From the NCBI GenBank assembly GCA_012512995.1, contig JAAZDA010000177.1, positions 1-34,605 on the forward strand: a stretch of 34,605 nt of DNA. Reading direction: 5' to 3'. Both the position numbers and the translations under genes were made by a program. The notes under the pieces were generated by a model, which worked only from the letters and a program-made list of their open reading frames with translations, did not search any database and was not told the origin of the DNA. Position 1 is the first letter of the stretch. Each line of letters begins with the position of its first letter. The stretch is from Clostridiales bacterium (lineage in GTDB: Bacteria; Bacillota; Clostridia; Lachnospirales; Lachnospiraceae). Shown here piece after piece: positions 1-7,923 of the stretch.

Positions 1-1
1 A

Positions 2-166
2 ATGATTCCAGTGAAATTTATCAGAAGAAAAAACATTAACAACAAAATCCAAGAGAATAAGCAAAGTATAGAAAAAACCCTTTACTCTTATGCCTTCCTG
101 ACGACAGAAGAACTGTTTGCACACCTCTCCACCACGCAGGCCGCAATTAAAGACTCGCGGAATTAA
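2..166 (+). pseudogene. Possible truncated 5' fragment of a host cation-transporting P-type ATPase (MgtA-like)
   Basis: Frame 2 reads MIPVKFIRRKNINNKIQENKQSIEKTLYSYAFLTTEELFAHLSTTQAAIKDSRN*. 'TTEELFAHLSTTQ' resembles the Cation_ATPase_N start (..EE.L..L.T...GL), but the frame stops where 'GL' would be expected. Not in the ORF track. Confidence 0.35.
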
Positions 167-262
167 GCAAAAAAGCCAGTAATATCAAGGGTTTTCGGCA
201 TCGAAAACTGATGAAAATACGGCTTCAAAAATCAGGTTTTTTTGCCTGAAATAAGTCCTATA

Positions 263-307
263 AACGGGTATCTGTTCATTTGTTGATCAGATACCCGTTA
301 TTTTTTT
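263..307 (+). terminator. Intrinsic terminator-like hairpin
   Basis: 12-bp perfect stem AACGGGTATCTG (263-274) / CAGATACCCGTT (288-299) followed by ATTTTTTT. Confidence 0.6.
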
Positions 308-320
308 GCTTATTTTTATC

Positions 321-352
321 GCACCTCATCATTTTGATGTGGTGCTTTTTTT
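321..352 (+). terminator. Second tandem intrinsic terminator-like hairpin
   Basis: GCACCTCATCA / TGATGTGGTGC (one mismatch) followed by T7. Confidence 0.55.
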
Positions 353-436
353 ATTCGCTGGAGGAGCTTATGAAAAAATTTTTTCAACTTTTTTTATTTT
401 TGCCGCGGTTTTTGGCTATTCTCGCTGCCTACCTAT

Positions 437-480
437 TGAGGGGCAAAAAAACTCTCACCTGTACTTTGACAACTGAATAC
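437..480 (+). promoter_or_regulatory. Small hairpin followed by an rrn boxA-like sequence
   Basis: Hairpin TGAGGG..CTCTCA (437-457), then TGTACTTTGACAACTGAATA (460-479), similar to boxA (E. coli TGCTCTTTAACA; Firmicutes rrn ..TCTTTGAAAACT..). The TTGACA inside it has no -10 box at 16-18 nt. Confidence 0.4.
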
Positions 481-484
481 ACAT

Positions 485-733
485 TCATCAGGTACGTTCC
501 TGTGCGGGGGCGAGAGCTCCAGCCGAATGAAGGTGCGCCAAGACCCTCCTGCCCATCCGGGTTATAACGGAAAGCAAGGTGGCGAGCGTTTCCGAACCAT
601 TCTGAAATATCCGACAGCTACGGATATGGCAATGAAACGCTACAGGGCTAACGATACTTCTCTACGGAGCTGGCGGAGAACCCGGCAGGGGTGAGATTCC
701 CATGGACCCGATTCGCTATCGGGCATCTGATGA
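485..733 (+). ncRNA. Putative structured leader RNA (multi-stem)
   Basis: Closing helix TCATCAGGT (485-493) / ATCTGATGA (725-733); GGGGC-GAGA-GCTCC GNRA hairpin (507-520); AGCGTTTC (585-592) / GAAACGCT (634-641) enclosing ATATCCG/CGGATAT (607-627); GGGGTGAGATTCCC (688-701); CCCGAT/ATCGGG (707-723). Confidence 0.55.
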
Positions 734-776
734 TTTCCTTTTTTGCACTTGGGGTTCGAGGAAAAATTAAGTGCAA

Positions 777-815
777 CCACTAAAGCCCCAAAGATTATCT
801 TTGAGGTTTTAGTGG
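777..815. repeat. Long imperfect palindrome upstream of parA
   Basis: CCACTAAAGCCCCAAAGAT-T-ATCTTTGAGGTTTTAGTGG, 19-nt arms with two non-Watson-Crick positions. Confidence 0.7.
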
Positions 816-854
816 ATCAGAAATGATTCAAATAAAAAGAAAGGAGGATACCAC

Positions 855-1679
855 ATGGAAAACTGTAAAGTGATCGCCATCACGAACCAGAAAGGCGGAG
901 TCGGTAAAACGACAACCGCAGTCAATCTCGGTGTGGGACTTGCCGACTCAGGCAAAAAGGTTTTGCTTGTTGACGCTGACCCGCAAGGCAGCTTAACGGT
1001 AAGCCTCGGAGTGAAGAACCCAGATGAACTGGATGTGTCGCTTTCTTCCCTAATGCAGTCGGTCATTGATGATGAACAGCCGCCCAGTGATGCCATTATT
1101 ACGCATCCGGAAGGTGTTGACTTGCTTCCTTCTAACATTGAGTTGTCTGGTATGGAAACCGGCTTGTTCAATGTTATGAGTCGCGAGTATGTTCTGAAAA
1201 ACGCTATCGACGGCATGAAGAAGAATTACGATTATATTTTGATCGACTGCATGCCTTCCCTGGGAATGATGACAATCAACGCACTGGTTGCCGCAGACAG
1301 TGCAATCATTCCATCCCAGCCGAGTTTCCTGTCAACGAAAGGCTTAAATTTGCTGTTGCATTCGATTAACAAAATCAAACGCAGCATAAATCCGAACCTG
1401 AAAATCGATGGGATACTCTTTACTATGGTAGATAACCGCACAAATAACGCTAAGGACATTATCGGAGCTATGCGTGATACAGTGGGCCAGAATATTAGGG
1501 TATTTGATACTGAAATCCCTCACTCGGTTCGCGCAGCTGAATGCAGCGTTACCGGAGAAAGTATCTTCACACACGACAAGGGCGGGAAGGTCGCTGCGGC
1601 ATATGAAGCTTTGACGAAGGAGGTGGAGAGTATTGAGAGAACGTCCCAAAATCGATCTCGGTCTGACTGGGTACGATGA
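855..1679 (+). CDS. parA: ParA/Soj-family ATPase
   Basis: Deviant Walker A QKGGVGKTTT, LLVDADPQG, DYILIDCMPSLG; SD AGGAGG upstream. Confidence 0.95.
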   Translation: MENCKVIAITNQKGGVGKTTTAVNLGVGLADSGKKVLLVDADPQGSLTVSLGVKNPDELDVSLSSLMQSVIDDEQPPSDAIITHPEGVDLLPSNIELSGMETGLFNVMSREYVLKNAIDGMKKNYDYILIDCMPSLGMMTINALVAADSAIIPSQPSFLSTKGLNLLLHSINKIKRSINPNLKIDGILFTMVDNRTNNAKDIIGAMRDTVGQNIRVFDTEIPHSVRAAECSVTGESIFTHDKGGKVAAAYEALTKEVESIERTSQNRSRSDWVR

Positions 1680-2568
1680 GATGTTTATGAATGACCAGGA
1701 ACGTGCTGAGAACCGACTCCCGAAGATCTACGATATTCCGATTGATGAAATCGATGACTTTCCGGACCATCCGTTCAAGGTTCGTCTAGACGAGGACATG
1801 GATCAGCTGGTTGAAAGCGTAAAGAGTCGTGGCGTCATTACTCCTGTCACCCTTCGTCAGAAAGAAGACGGCAGATACGAAATCGTATCCGGTCACAGAC
1901 GCAGAAAGGCCTGCGAGCTTGCCGGACTTGAAACGGTACCGGCTGAAATCAAAAACCTGACCAGAGATGAGGCCATTATTTTGATGGTTGAATCCAACCT
2001 GCAGCGTTCCGTGATTCTTCCAAGCGAGAAAGCCTTTTCTTACAAGATGAGGCTGGAGGCTATGACAAGGCAAGGACAACGTACAGACTTAACTTCGACA
2101 CCAGTGGAGTCGAAGTCTCGTGCAAATGAGGAACTAGGCAATCAGGTCGGAGAAAGCCGTGAACAAATCCGTCGTTACATCCGTCTTACTGAGCTTATTC
2201 CTGAACTTCTTGAGATGGTGGATGAAGGCAGGATTGCAATGCGGCCTGCCGTTGAGCTTTCTTATCTCAATGACATCGAACAGCAGGATCTGCTTCCAGC
2301 TATGGAGATTGCAGACGCCACGCCTTCTCACGTACAGGCCATCAAGATGCGACGGTTCTCAGAAGAAGGCAAACTCACACCAGAAGTCATTGAATCCATC
2401 ATGTGCGAAGAGAAACCCAATCAGAAGGAAAAGGTCAGCATTCGATATGAGGATGCCAAACGATACATTCCTTCAAATGTTCCGTATAAGGAGACTGGGG
2501 CATATATTCTGAAAGCGCTGGAATATTACCACCGTCACCTGGAACGAATGAGAGATGACGCAAGGTAA
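1633..2568 (+). CDS. parB: ParB/RepB/Spo0J-family partition protein
   Basis: ParB motif YEIVSGHRRRKA, ESNLQR and an HTH (ELGNQVGESREQIRRYIRL); TTG start with AGGAGG SD; overlaps the parA end. Confidence 0.93.
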   Translation: MRERPKIDLGLTGYDEMFMNDQERAENRLPKIYDIPIDEIDDFPDHPFKVRLDEDMDQLVESVKSRGVITPVTLRQKEDGRYEIVSGHRRRKACELAGLETVPAEIKNLTRDEAIILMVESNLQRSVILPSEKAFSYKMRLEAMTRQGQRTDLTSTPVESKSRANEELGNQVGESREQIRRYIRLTELIPELLEMVDEGRIAMRPAVELSYLNDIEQQDLLPAMEIADATPSHVQAIKMRRFSEEGKLTPEVIESIMCEEKPNQKEKVSIRYEDAKRYIPSNVPYKETGAYILKALEYYHRHLERMRDDAR

Positions 2569-2574
2569 AGTAAC

Positions 2575-2700
2575 CCCTACGCCAAGGGAGTAGTGTACCC
2601 TTTTGAAGAAAGGAGACTCGTTCCCCCTCTCACACTCTCCCCTTATTATCAACAAGCATCCTGACTACCTGAAAAGAAAGAAGATTCGCAGACTTGCTTA
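2575..2700 (+). other. oriT-like / relaxosome-like non-coding site
   Basis: C-rich tract CCCCCTCTCACACTCTCCCC, then CAACAAGC (2650-2657)...CTTGCT (2693-2698), the same arm pair seen on the minus strand upstream of mobC; contains CATCCTG (2657-2663), resembling the MOBP nic core YATCCTG. Confidence 0.35.
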
Positions 2701-2721
2701 TCAGAAAGCTATCCGTACAAT
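2694..2721 (+). promoter_or_regulatory. Putative sigmaA promoter for the lipoprotein gene
   Basis: TTGCTT (2694-2699) - 16 nt - TACAAT (2716-2721); SD GGAGGT before ATG 2744. Confidence 0.4.
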
Positions 2722-2743
2722 ATGACACTACGGAGGTGGCACT

Positions 2744-3487
2744 ATGAAAAGAACACTGATACTGCTGCTGGCCCTGTTGATGATCACGCTTACGGCCTGC
2801 AGCAATGCGTCTGAAACTTCTTTTTCAGGCAGCGAACCGGAATCAGAAATTGAAGAAGCGTCTTCGTCTGAAACCGAGACAGCCAAAACTGAAGATTCCT
2901 TTTCTCAGGAAGTAAGCGCTGAAACAAATACTGATTCAACAGATCCAATCGATGAAGTAACAAAGAAATCTTCGGAATCTATTACAACAGGAATCACAGA
3001 GGTTGAACCGAAGCAGGATGAGGCACCTTCTTCTCAGGCAGTGAACAATCTGCCACACGATAAAGATAAAGAAAAGGGGTCCAGCACTCCTGAGCCTGAA
3101 GTCCTCCAGCCCAAAACGGAAACAACACCCCCAGAAGAGCCAAAGCCTGTTGAGAGGCCCGAACCAGCCTCAGAGTCGCAAGAAACATCGGTCCAGGAAT
3201 CGGAACCGCAGCCGGAATCTGAACCTGAGCCGGTCCAATCTTTCGATATCGAATACTGGATCAGCTATGCTAAATCTGTAGCTACCGGTAAAGGCTTGGT
3301 TCTGGAAAGTTCTGCAGTTGACTGCTGGGACAATCCGATAACGGCCAATCCGGATTGCATTTACCTTGAACGCGATATTTCAGGATATCTCTCTCGGTAT
3401 GCTGCTGATGAGGATATCACGGACGTCTGGATCTGGTATGAATGTATCGGAGAAAACAAGTATCTGATATACATCGGATACGCTTAA
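2744..3487 (+). CDS. Lipoprotein with long acidic E/S/P/T linker and small C-terminal globular domain
   Basis: Signal peptide with lipobox LTA-C; low-complexity PE/SE-rich middle; aromatic/Cys C-terminal domain (DCWDNPI..., VWIWYE). Confidence 0.85.
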   Translation: MKRTLILLLALLMITLTACSNASETSFSGSEPESEIEEASSSETETAKTEDSFSQEVSAETNTDSTDPIDEVTKKSSESITTGITEVEPKQDEAPSSQAVNNLPHDKDKEKGSSTPEPEVLQPKTETTPPEEPKPVERPEPASESQETSVQESEPQPESEPEPVQSFDIEYWISYAKSVATGKGLVLESSAVDCWDNPITANPDCIYLERDISGYLSRYAADEDITDVWIWYECIGENKYLIYIGYA

Positions 3488-3502
3488 AACAAAACAGAAA
3501 AT

Positions 3503-3545
3503 GGCATGAAAGGGCATCGTAGAAATACGGTGCTTTTTTCATGCC
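3503..3545 (+). promoter_or_regulatory. GAAA-tetraloop hairpin before the adhesin SD (terminator/processing-like)
   Basis: GGCATGAAAGGGCATCGTA-GAAA-TACGGTGCTTTTTTCATGCC; the inner stem is followed by T6. Confidence 0.6.
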
Positions 3546-3562
3546 CTGAAGGAGGAAACTGA

Positions 3563-6500
3563 ATGAAAAATATCTTGAAGAAAGGCATTTCGGGCCTGAT
3601 GGCGGTCCTGGTGTGCCTTACCACTTTTATCGGCATCGGAGCCACTCCGGCCTTCGCTGCCAGTGAAACGGCGGAATCCTACATGGTCTCGTATCCTCGT
3701 GACGGGGATGCTGTTCAGGTTTATGATCAGGACACTTGGGGACATTCCGCCAAGACTTATATGAACGGTTGGTATACGGGTACCTCAAATATGACCACCA
3801 TTCACTGTATGGATTCTTACGATGGCAAGGTCTGCTACTGCATTGAGCCCGGTATTGAAAGAAATGTTGGAGATACCTATACAAAGTTTGATGAGAACTT
3901 CTGGGACAACTATCCCGGCAGCCTGAACAATACTATTGAGCCGTATACGATCAAGCTTCTGCTTGGCCGAATCATGCAGTACGGATACCAGGGCAATATT
4001 TCAACTTCCTGGAAATCTCAGAATTCCGCTGATGCAGACAAGATGTCTCACGCAATCGCCACACAGCTCCTCGTATGGGAAACTGTAGTAGGTGAACGCG
4101 ACGCAGATTTCAATCATGTAAGTACCGGCGGTTGTGACACGGTTAAATCTGTTATCAGTAAGAATCATCCGCTTTACAGCAAGATCAACGCTTACTACGA
4201 CAGTATCGTTTCCAGCGTTAAGAACCATACCACTCTGCCCAGCTTTATGGCAGGCAGCAAGGGAAAAGCGCAGACTGTTGAACTCGAATGGGATGGCAGT
4301 AAGTATATTGCGACTCTCACCGATAGCAACAATGCGCTCTCTAAATTCACCTTTACCGCTAGCGTAACCGGCGTGAAGTGTACCGTAAGCGGTAATAAGC
4401 TTATTGTGACTTCTGATACGGCACCAGCTGATGATGTTACGATCACTGCTACCAAAGAGCAAATGAGATCCGGCATTATCGTTTGGTCCGATGGAGCTCA
4501 TCGCTCCAGCGGCGTTCAGGATACCGTCACCTATTCCGCATCTGTCAGCGACCCTGTGAAGGCCTATATCAACCTGAAGGTCAGCTACGGTTCTGCCAAG
4601 ATCATCAAGACATCTGAAGACGGTAAGGTAGACGGTATCAGCTTTACTATTACCGGCGAAGGGATCAATGAATCCGTTAAGACTAACATCAAGGGCGAAA
4701 TCACCGTGGACAACCTGAAGCCCGGTACCTATACCGTGACTGAACAGGGCTACGACAAGTATGAGCCTCAGGAAACCCGCCGCGTTACTGTGCTTGCCGG
4801 TCAGACTGCGACCGTCTCCTTCAACAACGTACTCCGTCGCGGGGATCTCGTTGTGACCAAGACCTCTGAAGATGGCCTTGTGGAAGGTGTGAAGTTCCAT
4901 CTTTTCGGTACCAGTCTCAGCGGCATTGAAGTCAACGAATTTGCTGTTACCGGAAAGGACGGCAAGGCCCATTTCGATGATGTTCTTATCGGAACCGGCT
5001 ATACCATCGAAGAGATCGACACCGCTGTCCGCTATGTGGTTCCTGCAAATCAGACCGCAGCCGTTGAATGGAACTCCGTTACCAACAAGAGCTTCAGCAA
5101 CGTACTCAAGAAGTTCAATGTGATTGTTACCAAGTCTGATATTGAAAATGGTAATTCTCAGGGCGACGCTTCTCTTGCGGGTGCGAAGTACGGTATCTAC
5201 AAGGGCGAACAGCTCGTTGACACCTACGTTACCGATCAGAACGGCCAGTTCACCACCACCTACTATGTCTGCGGAAATGACTGGAGCATCCGAGAGATCG
5301 AACCTTCCGAAGGATATCTCCTGGACACCAATTCCTATCATGTCGGCGCAGAGGCTGAAAACTACACAGTGGAACTCAATTCCGCCCCTGCCGTTGATGT
5401 CTTTGAGCAGGTCATCAAGGGAAATATGACCATCATCAAGCACACCGATGACGGCGAGACTCAGATCGAAACGCCTGAAGGAGGGGCTGAATTCTCAGTT
5501 TATCTCAAGTCCTCAGGCAGCTATGACGCAGCCAAGGATACTGAGAAGGATTATCTGGTCTGCGATGAAAACGGATTTGCCCAGAGCAAGGACATGCCCT
5601 ACGGCATTTACACTGTGCATCAGGTAAAAGGCTGGGAAGGCCGTGAACTGATGAAAGACTTCGATGTCTTCATTGCAAAGAACGGCGCGACTTACCGATA
5701 TCTGATCAACAACGCCAACTTTGAATCCTTCATCAAGGTCATCAAGGTTGACGCGGAAACCGGAAACACCATCCCCTACGCGGGTGCTGCTTTCCAGACC
5801 TACACTCCTGAAGGCGAGCTCGTGAGCATGACCTTCACTTATCCTGAAATCACTACCATCGATACCTTCTACACCGATGCTGCCGGTATGCTGATCACTC
5901 CGGAACGCCTGGAATACGGCAAGGGCTATTCGCTGATTGAAGTCACTGCGCCTTACGGATACGTGCTGAACTCTGATCCTGTGAAGTTTGACGTTACCCA
6001 GGATGATTCCACCGAGGAAGGCGGCATCACCGTTGTTGAGGTCAATAAGGAAAACATGGCGCAGAAGGGCGTCATTAAGATCTCCAAGTTCGGTGAAGAG
6101 TTCGCAAGCGTCACCGAGAACGGCGGGATCTACCAGCCTGTTTACGAGGTAAATGGCCTTGCGGGTGCAACCTACGAGATTACCGCAGCTGAGGATATCT
6201 ATACGCTGGACGGTACTCTCCGCTACAGCGCAGGCGAAGTTGTGGATACCGTAACTACCAATGAAGATGGCATTGCCGAAAGCAAGGCGCTCTATCTTGG
6301 TAAGTACGAGATCTGCGAGACTGAAGCTCCTTACGGCATGGTTATCAATAATGAGATCCATTCCGCAGAGCTTGTTTATGCAGGACAGGAAATCGAGATC
6401 ACCGAAACCTCCGCAAGCTTTACCAATGACCGTCAGAAGGCAGAAGTATCTCTTTCCAAGGTCATGGCACAGGATACGAAGTTCGGCATCGGCTCCGGTA

Positions 6501-7783
6501 ATGAGCTTTCCGCTGTTACCTTTGGCCTGTATGCTGCTGAGGATCTGACCGCAGCTGACGAAACCATGATTCCTGAAGGCGGCCTCATTGAGATCCTGTC
6601 CGTAAGCGAAAACGGCAAGGATTCCGTAAAGTCGGATCTTCCTTTCGGCAGCTATTACGTGCAGGAAATCAGCACGGACTGCCACTATATTCTCTCTGAT
6701 GAGAAATATGAGATCACCTTCGATTATGCCGGTCAGGACGTAAACATCGTCGATCTGAAGGCAAACGAAGGCAAGAGCATCGTGAACGAATTGATCTATG
6801 GTGAAGTCCATGGCATGAAAAAGGATGACAATGGCAACGGTCTCGGCGGTGCGACCATCGGTCTTTTTACCACGGAAGGCAAGGAACCGATCATGACTAC
6901 CGTTTCTGCTGAAGACGGAAGCTTCTCCTTCGAGGATGTTCCTTACGGAGAATATGTTGTCCGTGAGATCAGCGCACCTGAGAAATACGTTATGGATGAT
7001 AAGCCTTATGACGTGAAGATCGACGCAGACGGTGCTGTCGTTGAAATCGAAATCATCAACAAGCTCATTCACGGCAATGTTCAGCTGACCAAGGTGGACG
7101 CCAACTATCCGGATCATCATCTGTCCGGCGCTGAGTTCGAGATCTACCAGAATGGCGAGCTTATCGGCAAGATGGAAGAACTCTCTGACGGCGTTTATGA
7201 GATGGATGATCTGCCTTATGGTGATTACACCCTGAAGGAAACCAAGGCTCCGGAAGGCTTCTACCTGGATGATAACACCTATGCCTTCTCCATCAAGGAA
7301 GACGGCAAGACTTTAATCGTTGAAAATGAAGCTGGTAAGGGGTTCATCAACAACGCTCAGGTTGGCGATATCCGTATCGAAAAGACATCTGAAGATGGCG
7401 TTTTGAAAGGCTTCACTTTCCGCGTGGAAGGCACCGATATTACCGGCAATGCTTTCAGCAAGGACTATGTGACTGACGAAAACGGTCAGATCCATATCGA
7501 GGGTCTCCGCGTCGGTGATTATGTGATCTCCGAGGTGTCCAACAAGGCTAACGAGAATTACGTCCTGCCTGACAATGTAACCGTCACGGTTCATGAGGGA
7601 AAGACCGTTGTAGCTAAGTTCTATAACGAACTGAAACCGGTCATTTCTGACATTCCTAAGACCGGTGACAGCACGAACCTGACGCTGTGGGCTTCTCTTG
7701 CGGGTGCTTCTCTCCTGGGAGCCTGCGCCGCAGCGTTTGTGACTTTCCGAAAAAAGAAAGAAGGTGGCAAACATGAGCGCTAA
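3563..7783 (+). CDS. Sortase-anchored surface adhesin: N-terminal Cys-Gln thioester domain (TED) plus multiple SpaA/CnaB-type isopeptide repeats
   Basis: Signal peptide (PAFA-AS); YCIEP and ATQLLVW motifs; repeated K..ED/G..F...G...Y.V.E..AP.GY domains (KTSEDG x3); C-terminal IPKTG + hydrophobic helix + RKKK. Confidence 0.9.
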   Translation: MKNILKKGISGLMAVLVCLTTFIGIGATPAFAASETAESYMVSYPRDGDAVQVYDQDTWGHSAKTYMNGWYTGTSNMTTIHCMDSYDGKVCYCIEPGIERNVGDTYTKFDENFWDNYPGSLNNTIEPYTIKLLLGRIMQYGYQGNISTSWKSQNSADADKMSHAIATQLLVWETVVGERDADFNHVSTGGCDTVKSVISKNHPLYSKINAYYDSIVSSVKNHTTLPSFMAGSKGKAQTVELEWDGSKYIATLTDSNNALSKFTFTASVTGVKCTVSGNKLIVTSDTAPADDVTITATKEQMRSGIIVWSDGAHRSSGVQDTVTYSASVSDPVKAYINLKVSYGSAKIIKTSEDGKVDGISFTITGEGINESVKTNIKGEITVDNLKPGTYTVTEQGYDKYEPQETRRVTVLAGQTATVSFNNVLRRGDLVVTKTSEDGLVEGVKFHLFGTSLSGIEVNEFAVTGKDGKAHFDDVLIGTGYTIEEIDTAVRYVVPANQTAAVEWNSVTNKSFSNVLKKFNVIVTKSDIENGNSQGDASLAGAKYGIYKGEQLVDTYVTDQNGQFTTTYYVCGNDWSIREIEPSEGYLLDTNSYHVGAEAENYTVELNSAPAVDVFEQVIKGNMTIIKHTDDGETQIETPEGGAEFSVYLKSSGSYDAAKDTEKDYLVCDENGFAQSKDMPYGIYTVHQVKGWEGRELMKDFDVFIAKNGATYRYLINNANFESFIKVIKVDAETGNTIPYAGAAFQTYTPEGELVSMTFTYPEITTIDTFYTDAAGMLITPERLEYGKGYSLIEVTAPYGYVLNSDPVKFDVTQDDSTEEGGITVVEVNKENMAQKGVIKISKFGEEFASVTENGGIYQPVYEVNGLAGATYEITAAEDIYTLDGTLRYSAGEVVDTVTTNEDGIAESKALYLGKYEICETEAPYGMVINNEIHSAELVYAGQEIEITETSASFTNDRQKAEVSLSKVMAQDTKFGIGSGNELSAVTFGLYAAEDLTAADETMIPEGGLIEILSVSENGKDSVKSDLPFGSYYVQEISTDCHYILSDEKYEITFDYAGQDVNIVDLKANEGKSIVNELIYGEVHGMKKDDNGNGLGGATIGLFTTEGKEPIMTTVSAEDGSFSFEDVPYGEYVVREISAPEKYVMDDKPYDVKIDADGAVVEIEIINKLIHGNVQLTKVDANYPDHHLSGAEFEIYQNGELIGKMEELSDGVYEMDDLPYGDYTLKETKAPEGFYLDDNTYAFSIKEDGKTLIVENEAGKGFINNAQVGDIRIEKTSEDGVLKGFTFRVEGTDITGNAFSKDYVTDENGQIHIEGLRVGDYVISEVSNKANENYVLPDNVTVTVHEGKTVVAKFYNELKPVISDIPKTGDSTNLTLWASLAGASLLGACAAAFVTFRKKKEGGKHER

Positions 7784-7859
7784 AGCGATCATCGGAATCT
7801 GCCTCGTGGTATTCATTGTCGCGGGGCTGATCTTCCTAAAGCTCAGAAACAGAAAATAA
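7773..7859 (+). CDS. 28-aa single-pass membrane peptide (MSAKAIIGICLVVFIVAGLIFLKLRNRK)
   Basis: Not in the ORF track; ATG overlaps the adhesin end with SD GAAGGTG; clean TM helix plus basic tail. Confidence 0.6.
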   Translation: MSAKAIIGICLVVFIVAGLIFLKLRNRK

Positions 7860-7871
7860 TGGACAAACTAA

Positions 7872-7899
7872 GGGCAGCATCTGAAATACGGTGCTGCCC
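7872..7899 (+). promoter_or_regulatory. Hairpin sharing a 13-mer with the 3503-3545 hairpin
   Basis: GGGCAGCATC-TGAAATAC-GGTGCTGCCC followed by GGTTTT and TGAAGGAGG SD. Confidence 0.55.
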
Positions 7900-7923
7900 G
7901 GTTTTATGAAGGAGGTAATGCTT

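Noticed and set aside
466-471. TTGACA as a sigmaA -35 box
   Set aside because: No -10-like hexamer at 16-18 nt; better explained as part of a boxA-like motif.
280-567. 95-aa + strand ORF (or 65 aa from ATG 370 with a GGAGG SD)
   Set aside because: Runs through terminators, poly-T tracts and the structured leader, and its F/L richness reflects those tracts. A leader peptide from 370 cannot be fully excluded.
4001-7120. 480-aa and 535-aa minus-strand ORFs
   Set aside because: Antisense to the adhesin; no domain features; codon-bias shadows.
4600-7400. Recurrent AAGACMTCTGAAGAYGG sequence
   Set aside because: Encodes KTSEDG at the start of CnaB-type repeats; explained by domain duplication.
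7750-7783. Adhesin C-terminus KKEGGKHER as a member of the tail family
   Set aside because: It is the basic cytoplasmic end of a sortase signal on a Sec-exported protein and encodes the next gene's SD and ATG. Not counted, and it shows that ER ends can arise from overlap.
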